Shown one piece after another: positions 47,436-58,017 of a stretch of DNA of 64,000 nt. This DNA comes from a virus. Where the stretch lies: positions 1-64,000 of IMG/VR virus record IMGVR_UViG_3300008261_004773. The stretch is one strand, 5' to 3'. The notes under the pieces were generated by a model. It saw nothing but the letters and a program-made list of their open reading frames with translations. It was not told the origin of the DNA and did not search any database. Numbering within the stretch: the first letter of the stretch is position 1; each line of letters opens with the position of its first letter. The position numbers and the translations under genes were made by a program.

Positions 47436-48476
47436 TTGGCATCGAGTGAATTATTTCAAATATTAAGAAAATACGTAAGGGGACAAGCGGATAGGTATGA
47501 TATTGAAAGGACCGAACCATCGATACATAGGGTTGTTGAAAATCCGGTAAAGGGGTTAACAAAAATTCAATTCGAGTTCAAAAACGACGAAGAACTACTC
47601 GAAGCTTTAGGTGTTTCTCAGGACGACGTTTTCTTTGTGAATCATGTTTACTCACCTCATTCAAATTGGGGATTCACAGATGAATCTCGTGTATTCGAAG
47701 ACTTCGAACAAGGATATATTGTTTTTTATGAATTGAACGAAGAAAATTTGGAAACAATGAATTTTATTTTGAAAGTTTTGGATCCAAATTATGATTACTC
47801 GGATCTACCGGAAGAAAACACAAACAAAAGGGCAGCGGAGATTCTTTTGAAAGTTTATCCAAAACAGACTAATAGGATTTTAGATGATTATCATTCTGAG
47901 TTTGAACATGCGGCGACTCAAAAGGCGATGGAAATTATCGACGAAGAACTTACTGAAGAACTCAAAAAAAATGAATTCACAGTTGCAAGAAAGTGGGACA
48001 CAGTGAGTATCAATGTAGGTGAATTGATAATGTTATACTTGAAAACGGGATTAGTGTGGTTGAGTTTCAAGGATCTATTTAAAGAGTTATACAAAGGAGA
48101 AGATCAAGGTTGGAATTGGTCCGAACAAAGTTATGAGTGGGGATATAACAGTGACTTCGACAAAGAATCCTTCAATCGAGATGTTGCTTGGCAACTTGAT
48201 AAGATTAAAGACAACATTGAAGAAGATGAAAATCTTCCAAAATTTATAGAGTTTTATAACAGAATCACAAAAAAATTCAAACCAATGGTCATGTATGATT
48301 TACCCAAATTGAAGGGTGTCACTTTCATGATTAAAGATTTCGATAAAGATGAAATGAAAGTTGAGGTAATCCTACGTAAAGACCTAAAATCAATATCCAG
48401 AAAAGTCTCAGAAGAAAATTTTTATAAATTATTATACCAACCTGAATTATTTGCTGGTCCGTTTGGTGATGTGTAA
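47436..48476 (+). CDS. Hypothetical protein
   Basis: 346-aa ORF with TTG start. Confidence 0.6.
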   Translation: MASSELFQILRKYVRGQADRYDIERTEPSIHRVVENPVKGLTKIQFEFKNDEELLEALGVSQDDVFFVNHVYSPHSNWGFTDESRVFEDFEQGYIVFYELNEENLETMNFILKVLDPNYDYSDLPEENTNKRAAEILLKVYPKQTNRILDDYHSEFEHAATQKAMEIIDEELTEELKKNEFTVARKWDTVSINVGELIMLYLKTGLVWLSFKDLFKELYKGEDQGWNWSEQSYEWGYNSDFDKESFNRDVAWQLDKIKDNIEEDENLPKFIEFYNRITKKFKPMVMYDLPKLKGVTFMIKDFDKDEMKVEVILRKDLKSISRKVSEENFYKLLYQPELFAGPFGDV

Positions 48477-48509
48477 AAGTTTACTTACTTTTGTAGTAAA
48501 TTTTTATTA

Positions 48510-49349
48510 ATGAATCAAGAATTAGAATTTCTAAAATCTGTTTTGAGTGTTCCAACCAAGACTTACCAAGAAGGTGAGATGGTAAAATATCTTATCAATT
48601 GGTGTAATAAAGAAGGTTTGGATTACGAAGTAGATCAAAATTACAACGTTTACGTCACAAAAAAAACAGGTGAAATAAATGAAGGATTTTACTATCCGTG
48701 TGTAGTTGCACACACAGATACTGTACATAACATAGACATCATCAATGTGGTTGAAGAACAACTACCAAACGCACAAGGAGAAATCAAACTCGCATTGAAG
48801 GCCTACAATGACCAAGGTCAACCAACAGGTATTGGTGGTGATGATAAAGCTGGCGTTTTTGCTTGTCTGACTTTATTGAAAGAACTTCCATTTCTGAAAG
48901 CAGCCTTCTTCGTTTCAGAGGAAACTGGTTGTCATGGATCACAGAAAGCCAACACAAAATTTTTTGAAAATGTGGGGTATGTTATTCAGTTTGATGCTCC
49001 CGAAAATTGGATGATTACCGAAAGATGTTTCGGACAAGTTCTGTTCGACAGAGACTCAGAATTCTTCGAAGTTTGTGATAAGGTATTATCTGAGGGGATG
49101 GTTATGGAAGACATGGATTATATGACTCACCCTTATACTGATGTTTGGGCGTTGAGGTCTAAATTTGATTTTTCTTGTATTAACTTTTCTATTGGGTACT
49201 ACAACTACCACACCAAAAATGAATATGTAGTTGTTGAAGACGTTTACAATGGAATTAATATGGGTAGAAAAATGATTGAGAATTTAGGATATAAGTTACA
49301 TTACAAACAGAACGTACCACAGAAATCTTTTAATAGATTATGGGATTAA
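48510..49349 (+). CDS. M20/M28-family Zn peptidase
   Basis: AHTD, GGDDKAG, EE, D, H ligands. Confidence 0.85.
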   Translation: MNQELEFLKSVLSVPTKTYQEGEMVKYLINWCNKEGLDYEVDQNYNVYVTKKTGEINEGFYYPCVVAHTDTVHNIDIINVVEEQLPNAQGEIKLALKAYNDQGQPTGIGGDDKAGVFACLTLLKELPFLKAAFFVSEETGCHGSQKANTKFFENVGYVIQFDAPENWMITERCFGQVLFDRDSEFFEVCDKVLSEGMVMEDMDYMTHPYTDVWALRSKFDFSCINFSIGYYNYHTKNEYVVVEDVYNGINMGRKMIENLGYKLHYKQNVPQKSFNRLWD

Positions 49350-49382
49350 TAAAAAAGGGGGTTTTTCAACCCCCTTTTTTTT
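49350..49382. terminator. Bidirectional terminator
   Basis: AAAAAGGGGG/CCCCCTTTTT. Confidence 0.75.
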
Positions 49383-51390
49383 ATTTACCCTTCTTCAGTT
49401 TTATTTCTTCACCATCTACAATCACTTTGTAAGATGTCCCTTCTTTCACATTTCCCTTCAAAACTTCTTCTGACACAAGATCTTCCACTTTGTCCTGAAT
49501 TGCTCTCTTGAGTGGTCTTGCTCCGTAAAGTTCATCATACCCAACATTAGAAATATAATCTACGAGTGTTTGGTCATAAGAGATCTTATAGTTCATTTCA
49601 TTCAAACGTGAGATCAACTTCTTGATTTCAATTTCACTGATTTTCTTGATGTCATCTTCTTTGAGTGCATTGAATGTAATGATGTCATCAACACGGTTCA
49701 AGAATTCGGGAGAGAAGAAATTTTTCATTTCTTTCATCAAGATTTCTTTTTTCTGTTCATCAGAACCATACTTGGACGAACCGAATCCGATACCCGTACC
49801 GAAGTCTTGTAGTTTTTTTACACCCAAGTTAGAAGTCATGATAATCAACGTATTTCTGAAGTTGATTTTTCTACCCAAACTATCGGTAACATGACCGTCA
49901 TCCAATATTTGTAGTAAGACAGAGAATATATCTTTGTGAGCTTTCTCTACCTCATCGAATAGGATTACAGAATAAGGTTTGTTTTTAACTTGCTCTGTAA
50001 GTTGACCACCTTCATCGTAACCAACATAGCCTGGAGGAGCACCTACTAATTTGGAGATAGTATGTTTTTCTTGATATTCACTCATGTCCACTCTGATCAA
50101 AGAATCCTCAGTACCGAAAATTTCTTTTGCGAGTTGTTTTGCTAAGTGAGTTTTACCTACACCTGTTGATCCTAAGAAAATGAATGAACCGATTGGACGA
50201 TTTGGATCTTTGATACCCAAACGATTTCTACGAATAGATTTTACAATCTTGAGAACCGCAGCATCTTGACCGATAACTCTATCCTTGAGGACTGAATCCA
50301 AATTAACAAGAGCCTTGGTGTCATCGATAGACATCTTGGATACCGGAATTTTGGTCATTGTAGAAACAACTTCATAAACCAAGTCCAAAGAGATTTCCTT
50401 CTTTGATTGAGACATTTCTTCTTCGAACTTTTTCTTTGCGTCTTCGAGTTTTACAATGATCTTCCTTTCTTTATCACGTAATTCTGCGGCTTGCTCGTAG
50501 TTCTGTTTCTTAACAACATCCATTTTGAGTTGTTTGATCTCAGAAGCCTTTTGTTTCAATTCTTCGATAGCTGCGGGAATTTTAGTTTCGAGTTGTGTAC
50601 GAGCACCAACCTCGTCAAGGATATCGAAAGCTTTATCGGGAAACTCACGATCAGTAATATAACGATCGGCCAATTTCACACAAGCCTCCAAAACAGAATC
50701 AGAATAAGTTACCTTATGGTAAGCTTCATACTTGTCTTTGGAATTTTTGAGAATAAGGAGTGTTTCTTCCTTGGTTGCACCTTCAACCATAATTTTTTGG
50801 AAACGTCTCTCGAGTGCTCCATCTTTTTCAAAGTTGGTACGGTATTCATCAAGTGTAGTTGCACCAATACATTGAATCTCTCCACGAGATAATGCTGGTT
50901 TGAAGATGTTTGATGCATCCAATGAACCTGACGCATTTCCTGCTCCAACCATTGTGTGAATTTCATCGATGAACACAACCACATTTGGGTTAGCCTGTAA
51001 TTCTTCGATGATCACTTTCAACCTTTCTTCGAACTGACCACGGTATTTTGTACCGGCAACAATTGAGTTGATATCGAGATTCACAATCCTTTTATCCATC
51101 AAATTTTTTGGACACTCACCGTTATAAATCTTCATAGCCAAACCCTCAACGATTGCGGTCTTACCACAACCAGGTTCTCCGATGATAATTGGATTGTTCT
51201 TTTTTCTTCTCGAAAGAATTTGAGCAATCCTCATGATTTCTTTATCTCGGCCGATAACGGGATCCAATTTACCTTGTTCGGCTAATTTGATAAGATCCCT
51301 ACTGAAATTATCCAACACTGGTGTTGGGCTGTCAGAAGATTGTTTCTTCTTACTCATCATTTTGTCATCGTCATCAAGTAGATCATTCAT
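49381..51390 (-). CDS. clpC: ClpC-like AAA+ unfoldase lacking the N-terminal domain
   Basis: Two Walker A motifs, UVR-type middle domain, GIGF ClpP-docking loop. Confidence 0.9.
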   Translation of the reverse strand: MNDLLDDDDKMMSKKKQSSDSPTPVLDNFSRDLIKLAEQGKLDPVIGRDKEIMRIAQILSRRKKNNPIIIGEPGCGKTAIVEGLAMKIYNGECPKNLMDKRIVNLDINSIVAGTKYRGQFEERLKVIIEELQANPNVVVFIDEIHTMVGAGNASGSLDASNIFKPALSRGEIQCIGATTLDEYRTNFEKDGALERRFQKIMVEGATKEETLLILKNSKDKYEAYHKVTYSDSVLEACVKLADRYITDREFPDKAFDILDEVGARTQLETKIPAAIEELKQKASEIKQLKMDVVKKQNYEQAAELRDKERKIIVKLEDAKKKFEEEMSQSKKEISLDLVYEVVSTMTKIPVSKMSIDDTKALVNLDSVLKDRVIGQDAAVLKIVKSIRRNRLGIKDPNRPIGSFIFLGSTGVGKTHLAKQLAKEIFGTEDSLIRVDMSEYQEKHTISKLVGAPPGYVGYDEGGQLTEQVKNKPYSVILFDEVEKAHKDIFSVLLQILDDGHVTDSLGRKINFRNTLIIMTSNLGVKKLQDFGTGIGFGSSKYGSDEQKKEILMKEMKNFFSPEFLNRVDDIITFNALKEDDIKKISEIEIKKLISRLNEMNYKISYDQTLVDYISNVGYDELYGARPLKRAIQDKVEDLVSEEVLKGNVKEGTSYKVIVDGEEIKLKKGK

Positions 51391-51443
51391 ATTTAATAAT
51401 TTTTTTCAAAGGTGTATCAAAATTTGGACATAAACAATTATTT

Positions 51444-51518
51444 TGACAAATTGTCATGATATATTTTTTTTGTCTGTCATTTTGTCTAAAAGATTATTCT
51501 TAGACTATCAAATTGTCA
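51444..51518. promoter_or_regulatory. Three TGACAAATTGTCA-like boxes, period 31 bp, between divergent clpC and hsp20
   Basis: Copies at 51444, 51475, 51506. Confidence 0.6.
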
Positions 51519-51592
51519 CCATAAATGAATCGGCACCAATATTGATAAACTACAGAATAAATAATAAATTTTAAAATCAAAAACAAATTATT

Positions 51593-51988
51593 ATGATCTA
51601 CGGTACAAACGATTTCAATGACATCTTTGAAAAGTTTTTCAACAGTCCTAACACTTATTACAAGACTTCGGTTGTAACAAAAAACAAAGAAGATGAAAAC
51701 AACTACGAAGTAAACCAAACTAAAGATGGTGCATACCTTTTATTTGAAGCACCTGGTTTCAACAAAGAAAATTTGAAGGTTGAAATCGAAGATGGTGTAA
51801 TGACCATTGACGGTAAGAGAAAATACAAAATGAACGGTGAGGAAATTTCTAAATCGATTCACAAACAATTCAAATTAGGAACTGATTACAATGCAGAACT
51901 AATTGAAGCAACGATCGAGGACGGACTCCTTACGGTTTTCATACCAGGATTCAAGAAACAAGAAAAAAAGAAGATCTCACTTCTATAA
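51593..51988 (+). CDS. Hsp20 small heat-shock protein
   Basis: PGF.K..L.V ... A...DGLL.V. Confidence 0.9.
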   Translation: MIYGTNDFNDIFEKFFNSPNTYYKTSVVTKNKEDENNYEVNQTKDGAYLLFEAPGFNKENLKVEIEDGVMTIDGKRKYKMNGEEISKSIHKQFKLGTDYNAELIEATIEDGLLTVFIPGFKKQEKKKISLL

Positions 51989-52047
51989 TAAATGCTCATT
52001 CAAGATCAGATCCCTCACCAAATGGTGGGGGATTTGTATTTATATTC

Positions 52048-52362
52048 ATGGACAATTGGAAAAAATTTGTTGAAGATACTTTAGCCGCTCAAGAGATACT
52101 ACAAAAATATCTTGAGTTGAGACTTATGTTCCAAGAGTTGGGATACACTGAGAAACAATTGGAAAGAATTAGTTCTGGTCCCGAAAGAATGTTTGAAATC
52201 AGAGCTGAAATAGCGATGCTTATGCGTGATCTCAAAAAACAACTGAAAGGTTTCGGTTTCGATATTCAAGATGAGGATCTCATGCTTTATTTACAGTCAA
52301 AAATGAATAAAATTGATTTATTAACACCTTTAAAAGATGGCAGTAAAGAAAGAGACGATTGA
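52048..52362 (+). CDS. Hypothetical protein
   Basis: 104-aa ORF; TATTTAT upstream. Confidence 0.55.
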   Translation: MDNWKKFVEDTLAAQEILQKYLELRLMFQELGYTEKQLERISSGPERMFEIRAEIAMLMRDLKKQLKGFGFDIQDEDLMLYLQSKMNKIDLLTPLKDGSKERDD

Positions 52363-52579
52363 GGGATCCAAAATTATCAACGAGATTGAGTCCTCAAATA
52401 TTAAAAAGACAACATACGACACGGAACTAAAATCACTTGTTTGTGAATTCAATAATGGATTAGTTTACGAATATAAAGATGTACCTCACGCCACGTACAC
52501 CAAATTCAGAATGGCTGAGTCACAAGGGAAATTTTTCATGAGCGAGATTTCTAAGAAGTTCACATACAAAAAACTCTAA
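52337..52579 (+). CDS. KTSC domain protein
   Basis: SSNI...YD....L..EF.NG..Y.Y..VP..AESQG.FF. Confidence 0.85.
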   Translation: MAVKKETIEGSKIINEIESSNIKKTTYDTELKSLVCEFNNGLVYEYKDVPHATYTKFRMAESQGKFFMSEISKKFTYKKL

Positions 52580-52600
52580 CTCACTGAGTATTTATATCAG

Positions 52601-54607
52601 ATGAGTAATTTCCAAAAAATATTAGATAGTTTCACCCTGAGGGATACTTTAAATCCGAAAATTTGGGATAATCCTGAAGATCCTGAAAAATCAAAAATGA
52701 AGCCCAAGGTTCGTAAAGCCTTGATGAAAATTGCAAACGAGTTTATTGACTACTTGGGTGAGGATGCGTTTGTTGAAGATATCACCCTAACAGGGTCACT
52801 TTCAAACTTCAATTGGTCCGAATATTCAGACTTTGATCTTCACGTAATTGTAGATCTAAAGAAGTTTGGAAAACAGGAAGATACCTACAAAGAATTATTC
52901 AATCTTAAAAAACAACTTTTCAACGAAAAACATGATATCAAAATATTCGGATATGATGTAGAATTATATGCTCAAGGTGAAGATGAAAAACATGAAAGTT
53001 CAGGAGTTTATTCATTGATGGAGGATGAGTGGATTAATAAACCACAAAAAATGAAGAACGAAATTGATAAGTCTGTTATCGAGGATAAAGTAAAAAACTG
53101 GAACGAAAAGATAGAAAATGCTTTGGAGTCTTTGGACAAAGGTGATCTTGAGAAAGGAAAGAAAAAAATAGAGGACTTGAAAGACAAGTTGAAAGAGTAT
53201 AGAAAATCTGGACTTGAAAAAGAGGGAGAACTTTCATATGAGAATTTGACATTCAAATTCTTGAGAAGAAACGGTATGATTGAAAAATTATTCAACACGT
53301 ACAACAACTACATCGATCAAGAACTTTCAATGGAACAATCAATCAAAGAAAGTATTATCAAGTTCCTTCAAGAAGCACCAATGAGTTCTCATTTGACAGG
53401 CGGTGCTGACATTACAATACCAAGAGATGGTGCACACGCAGGACAAAGTGGTTGGCACTCAAGTAATGCTTGGGATATCAAAGCAGCTGTTGGAGATCCT
53501 GTTTTTGCTTTAGCCGGTGGTACAGTACAAACCTTCTCTGATTATGGTGCAGATGTTATAAAGAGGGGTGGTAAAAAATTATATGGTCAAAGTTTCACTG
53601 TTGATAGTGAAGGTGGTTTACCTGACATCTATTATACACACTTACAAGGTGCACAAGTTAGAAAAGGAGATAAAGTTCAGTGTGGTCAACTCTTGGGGTA
53701 TGTCATGGATTTCCCTAATAGTTCCTATGATCACGTTCACATTGGTATTGAGTCAGGTCATAACATAAGAGAGTTTTTGAATGATGATGGATCTTTGAAA
53801 TGTGCTAAAGGACAAAAATTAGGAAAGTACGCCAAGAAATTTAGTGAAGACGGTGAGATATCCGATCTTGTTGGAGATTCAAGATTTTTACAAGACATCA
53901 TCAGAGTGGCTGAAGGAAATAAAACCTACAAATACGAGCCAGGTAAAATTACCTATGACAAGGACGTTGAGTTCATTCAAACCGCTTTACAGTTCTTAGG
54001 ATTCTCATTACCAAAATGGGGTGTTGACGGTAAGTATGGTCCTGAGACAGAAAACGCAGCCAAAGAATTCCAAAAATCTATGCAGATCACAACTGATGGA
54101 AAAATGGATGGTTTTGATCTTAGATACTTAACCGCGATGTTGGTTATTAGAAAATTCTCAGATGATGATTTGAGTAAAATCAAAAAACAAAAAGAGGTTG
54201 ATACTTCAAACATAACTGACAAGAACTTCTACGAAAGGATATTAAAGGAGTTAGGTGCTCCTGTCACATCAGAAAACCTTAAATTTTTATATGCGTGGAG
54301 ACAGGCCGAGGGTAAGGGAGGAAGATATAACCCATTCAATACAACATGGAAACTACCTGGTTCAACAAATATGAATAAGGTCGGAGTACAACATTACAAA
54401 TCATTGGAGGATGGTATGATTGCGACTCTTAAAACATTGAGAAATGGAAGGTACAGTTGTATTGTAGATGGTCTCAAAAACGACATTGGGGCATCCCAAA
54501 TATCAAAATGTTCATCACTTAAAACTTGGGGAACTGGAGATTTGGTTGCTAAAGTGGTTAATAGTTACGAAAAGGGAGCGTCTCCGAGTATCAAAGACCT
54601 CGCATAA
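52601..54607 (+). CDS. Nucleotidyltransferase - M23 - PG-binding - lysozyme-like fusion
   Basis: GS...SDFDLH; H...D and HVH; DG.YGPET; AW..AE..NPFN. Confidence 0.7.
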   Translation: MSNFQKILDSFTLRDTLNPKIWDNPEDPEKSKMKPKVRKALMKIANEFIDYLGEDAFVEDITLTGSLSNFNWSEYSDFDLHVIVDLKKFGKQEDTYKELFNLKKQLFNEKHDIKIFGYDVELYAQGEDEKHESSGVYSLMEDEWINKPQKMKNEIDKSVIEDKVKNWNEKIENALESLDKGDLEKGKKKIEDLKDKLKEYRKSGLEKEGELSYENLTFKFLRRNGMIEKLFNTYNNYIDQELSMEQSIKESIIKFLQEAPMSSHLTGGADITIPRDGAHAGQSGWHSSNAWDIKAAVGDPVFALAGGTVQTFSDYGADVIKRGGKKLYGQSFTVDSEGGLPDIYYTHLQGAQVRKGDKVQCGQLLGYVMDFPNSSYDHVHIGIESGHNIREFLNDDGSLKCAKGQKLGKYAKKFSEDGEISDLVGDSRFLQDIIRVAEGNKTYKYEPGKITYDKDVEFIQTALQFLGFSLPKWGVDGKYGPETENAAKEFQKSMQITTDGKMDGFDLRYLTAMLVIRKFSDDDLSKIKKQKEVDTSNITDKNFYERILKELGAPVTSENLKFLYAWRQAEGKGGRYNPFNTTWKLPGSTNMNKVGVQHYKSLEDGMIATLKTLRNGRYSCIVDGLKNDIGASQISKCSSLKTWGTGDLVAKVVNSYEKGASPSIKDLA

Positions 54608-54652
54608 ATTAAATTATTCTTAAGGAACGTATATTTATAAAGAAAAAATTAA

Positions 54653-55477
54653 ATGGCTTTAGTAACATATCTCATTGGTTCATGTGCAGGGGGTCCAGCA
54701 ATACTTGTTGATTTTGACAGCAGTAATTTACCTGCGGTCAACGGTAATTATTTCCTTAGATTCTCAGGTGCAACTGCCGAGGGTTGTTATGACATTATCG
54801 ATAATGCAGAGCCAACTACAGGTGTAGACGTTGTTACGTACATGTCCGTTGATTACGGAGATTGTGCAACTTGTGAGGCAGTTGTAACACCAACTCCAAC
54901 TCCAAGTACTACTGCAACACCAACACCATCAGTTACTAAAACACCAACGGTTACACCAACAAAAACGGCTACCGCAACCCCTACTCCAAGTATAACAGCA
55001 TCACCAACGGTTACACCAACAAAAACGGCTACACCTACTCCAAGCGTGACTGCAGCGGTTACATCTACTCCAACAGTTACTCCAACAAACTCACCAACAC
55101 CGAGCACAACCGCAGGTGCAACTCCAACTCCTTCAGTAACCACAACTAAAACGCCTACTCCTACGCAGTCAGGTACAGCAAGTGTAACACCAACACCTAC
55201 GGGAACTGCTGCAGTTACACCTACACCAACTTCGAGTGTCACACCAACTGTAACACCGACAACAACACCAACACCTACACCATTCGGAGTATTCAGTGCT
55301 AATACGTACTATGAATTCACAAATGAAATGTTCGGATCTTACAGTGGGGGTACTTATGACCCAAGTGTAGGACAATTACCACGTCCAGCTAACCAAGCAA
55401 TGATTGGAAGTGAAAGAGGCACAGTTTATGACATGAGTGCAATAAAGATCGGTGGATTCGATGGATTAAATAACTAA
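54653..55477 (+). CDS. Thr/Pro-rich mucin-like repeat protein
   Basis: About 130 aa of TPTP(S/T)VT repeats. Confidence 0.75.
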   Translation: MALVTYLIGSCAGGPAILVDFDSSNLPAVNGNYFLRFSGATAEGCYDIIDNAEPTTGVDVVTYMSVDYGDCATCEAVVTPTPTPSTTATPTPSVTKTPTVTPTKTATATPTPSITASPTVTPTKTATPTPSVTAAVTSTPTVTPTNSPTPSTTAGATPTPSVTTTKTPTPTQSGTASVTPTPTGTAAVTPTPTSSVTPTVTPTTTPTPTPFGVFSANTYYEFTNEMFGSYSGGTYDPSVGQLPRPANQAMIGSERGTVYDMSAIKIGGFDGLNN

Positions 55478-55498
55478 AAAAAAACTAAAAAAAATATC

Positions 55499-56857
55499 AT
55501 GGCAGACATCAGACCATTAGGAAGTGAAAGATTAGAGGGTTTAGACAAAATCAAAAGAATCATGGAGATTGCAAAATACAAAGATGCATCTTCGAACCCT
55601 GTTAATGAAAACACTTCTTCAGAATACAACATTACTTTCGCCGACGGCAACAGTTTCGGTATTGTTAAAGAAAAACAAGGATATATCATTAAACAAATGT
55701 TGGAGGAAGGCCAATCAGATTATATTGAGCCAATGAAAAATAGAAAATATTTTTCAAGCTATTCTCAAGCATTAAAGAAACTGAATTTAATGATCAAAGA
55801 AAACAATTCTTTAGTTGGTAACGAAGAGGGTGTTTCTTTATTCGGAGAGCAGAAAAAATTTGTTCTTAAGGCTCCTCAAGCGGCTGCTGAACAATCTCCT
55901 GTGGCACCTGAAGAACCAGTTGCACCGACTCTACCGGAACCTGAATTACCTTCAACAGAGGAAATGCCAGCACCTGATGCTGAGGTTCCTGTTGATGATG
56001 TATCAGTAGATACTGAAATGGGGATGGAAATGGATTCTGAACCAACAGACAACGAACCTGTGTCATTTAAAGTTATTCAGAAGTTGACAGGTAAGTTAAC
56101 TCAAAAGATCAGACAATTTGGTTCAGAGAATGAAATGTCTTCTGAGGATATCAAATACGTTATAAATATGGTTCTTTCTTCAGTTGATTTGACAAATCTT
56201 TCGACAGAGGACAAGGATGAAATTATGAACAAATTTGAATCTGATGAAGCAGATGCGGTTGTAGACGGTGGTGATGACAAAGATGGTACCGATATTACAG
56301 ATGACACTGAGGTTGAAGATATACAAAACTTTATGGATGTTGAAAACGACGCTGATATGGTAGATGTGGGGGCACAACCTGAAGGATTTGGAAAAATCGA
56401 GGCAGAGGAACAGTGGCAAGCGGCTATCGCACCGGCAATTGAAAGAATGGCAATGTCATATGCGGCTAACAAAGCTGCTGATAAAGTTTCAGACATGTTT
56501 TCAAATGAAGAAGAAATTGAAGAAGAATCTGCAGTTGAGAAAAGTTTGTTAGATCATTTATTCTCAGAATCTAAAGTTGATAAAGTATTATCGAAATACT
56601 TTGAGGTTAAGGATTCTGAAAAGAGAATGATCCAAGAAAAAAGAACTGTGAAAAATATTCAATTGAAGAAAGTTATTGAAAAAGAAATGAATTCAGTAAA
56701 AAAACTATCTGAGTCAATTGAACAAGAATTAGCTGCTGAAAAATTTTTAGAAGAAAACTTTGGTTTTTCTTTGATTGGAAAAACAAACAAGAAAAACTTA
56801 GTGTTCGAAAAAAATAATAAACAAACTAAAATTTCACCTGAAGGATTGATTCTATGA
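55499..56857 (+). CDS. Acidic probable head/scaffold-associated protein
   Basis: In operon with terminase; many (I/L/V)xE motifs. Confidence 0.55.
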   Translation: MADIRPLGSERLEGLDKIKRIMEIAKYKDASSNPVNENTSSEYNITFADGNSFGIVKEKQGYIIKQMLEEGQSDYIEPMKNRKYFSSYSQALKKLNLMIKENNSLVGNEEGVSLFGEQKKFVLKAPQAAAEQSPVAPEEPVAPTLPEPELPSTEEMPAPDAEVPVDDVSVDTEMGMEMDSEPTDNEPVSFKVIQKLTGKLTQKIRQFGSENEMSSEDIKYVINMVLSSVDLTNLSTEDKDEIMNKFESDEADAVVDGGDDKDGTDITDDTEVEDIQNFMDVENDADMVDVGAQPEGFGKIEAEEQWQAAIAPAIERMAMSYAANKAADKVSDMFSNEEEIEEESAVEKSLLDHLFSESKVDKVLSKYFEVKDSEKRMIQEKRTVKNIQLKKVIEKEMNSVKKLSESIEQELAAEKFLEENFGFSLIGKTNKKNLVFEKNNKQTKISPEGLIL

Positions 56858-57243
56858 GTTATCTAATCTATGTAAATGGACTTGGTCCAAATTTTAGAGG
56901 TGATAATTTGTATGAGTTTATTTTTTCGGATGAGAAAGATGTTTGGGGTGAAAATTGGGACAGTAAACCATCAAATGGTTACCCTCAACCACCCGATTTG
57001 AAATATGTAAAGAAAGTAGGAGTTCTGAAAAATACCGATATAAAATTGGATTTGATTCAGAACTCTGATTATTTTAGTATGATAGATGCGGTTGACGGAG
57101 TAATCGCATTAGCCTGGGAATCTGATGAGGTAGAAGATAGAATGGTGTTCAGGTTTGGCCAAAGTGAGGAGGAAATAACTGATATTCTATATTCTAAAGA
57201 TTTAATTCTCAAAATAGAAAAAAAGGAATCTTATGAAAATTAA
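56854..57243 (+). CDS. Hypothetical protein
   Basis: Coupled ORF. Confidence 0.6.
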   Translation: MSYLIYVNGLGPNFRGDNLYEFIFSDEKDVWGENWDSKPSNGYPQPPDLKYVKKVGVLKNTDIKLDLIQNSDYFSMIDAVDGVIALAWESDEVEDRMVFRFGQSEEEITDILYSKDLILKIEKKESYEN

Positions 57244-58015
57244 TAAAAAAGCCTTGGATTTAGTTGAAGTAGGTTTAAGACCTGACACAGTTGCAAAAAT
57301 GTCAGAGTCACAAATTAACACCTTACATTCAAAAATGATCTCTGAAATCACTATGGTTTCTAAAGCAGATACGAGCACTATTAACAAACTTAAAACTGAA
57401 AAGAAACCTTTCGAGGTTTACGAAAAAGAAATCAAAGAACAACCTGATACTGAAGTTAGCATGACTGACAAGACAGCAGGAGGTACGACACAAGATCCTG
57501 TACAAGTACAAGGACCTGATGGGACTGACGACGTAGGTAATGATCAAATCAATAAAGAGAAGGAGATTTCAGAAAGAGAAACTAATCCTTGGGCTATTTG
57601 TACAGCACAACTTGGTAAAGAGTTTGGTACAACAGAGAGAAGTGATTGGTCTAAAGGACAAATGAAAAAATATGAAAGATGTGTTAAGGACGTAAAGAAA
57701 ACTGTGAAGGAAGGAAAAAATCCTGTATCTTTGTTTATTGAAAACAAGATTATGGAATTAGTATCTAAACATATCCCACCAAAAATGACTAAGGGAGAAT
57801 TGATGAAACACTTAGTTGAAGACGGACCAGCGGTAGCCCCATCAAAACCAAAAACATCTCCAACAACAAAACCAGGAAAACCTGGTACTAAACCTCAGAA
57901 GCCCGGCCATCCTTTAAGGAATCCAAATCCAGGTGAAAAACCCGCACCTAAAGCTGGCCACGAAAAGGCGAAGAAAGAGGTTATAGACTTAATTATCAAC
58001 TTATTAGACAAGTAA
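57233..58015 (+). CDS. Hypothetical protein with P/K-rich tail
   Basis: NPWAIC..KYERCV motif. Confidence 0.6.
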   Translation: MKINKKALDLVEVGLRPDTVAKMSESQINTLHSKMISEITMVSKADTSTINKLKTEKKPFEVYEKEIKEQPDTEVSMTDKTAGGTTQDPVQVQGPDGTDDVGNDQINKEKEISERETNPWAICTAQLGKEFGTTERSDWSKGQMKKYERCVKDVKKTVKEGKNPVSLFIENKIMELVSKHIPPKMTKGELMKHLVEDGPAVAPSKPKTSPTTKPGKPGTKPQKPGHPLRNPNPGEKPAPKAGHEKAKKEVIDLIINLLDK

Positions 58016-58017
58016 TC

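Noticed and set aside
22629-51988. Bacterial chromosome or prophage origin suggested by clpP, clpC, TBDR and tmRNA
   Set aside because: Host-like genes are isolated among phage genes that share one motif set; no bacterial operons, integrase or att site seen
54880-55285. DNA repeat array
   Set aside because: Degenerate at third positions; explained by the Thr/Pro protein repeat
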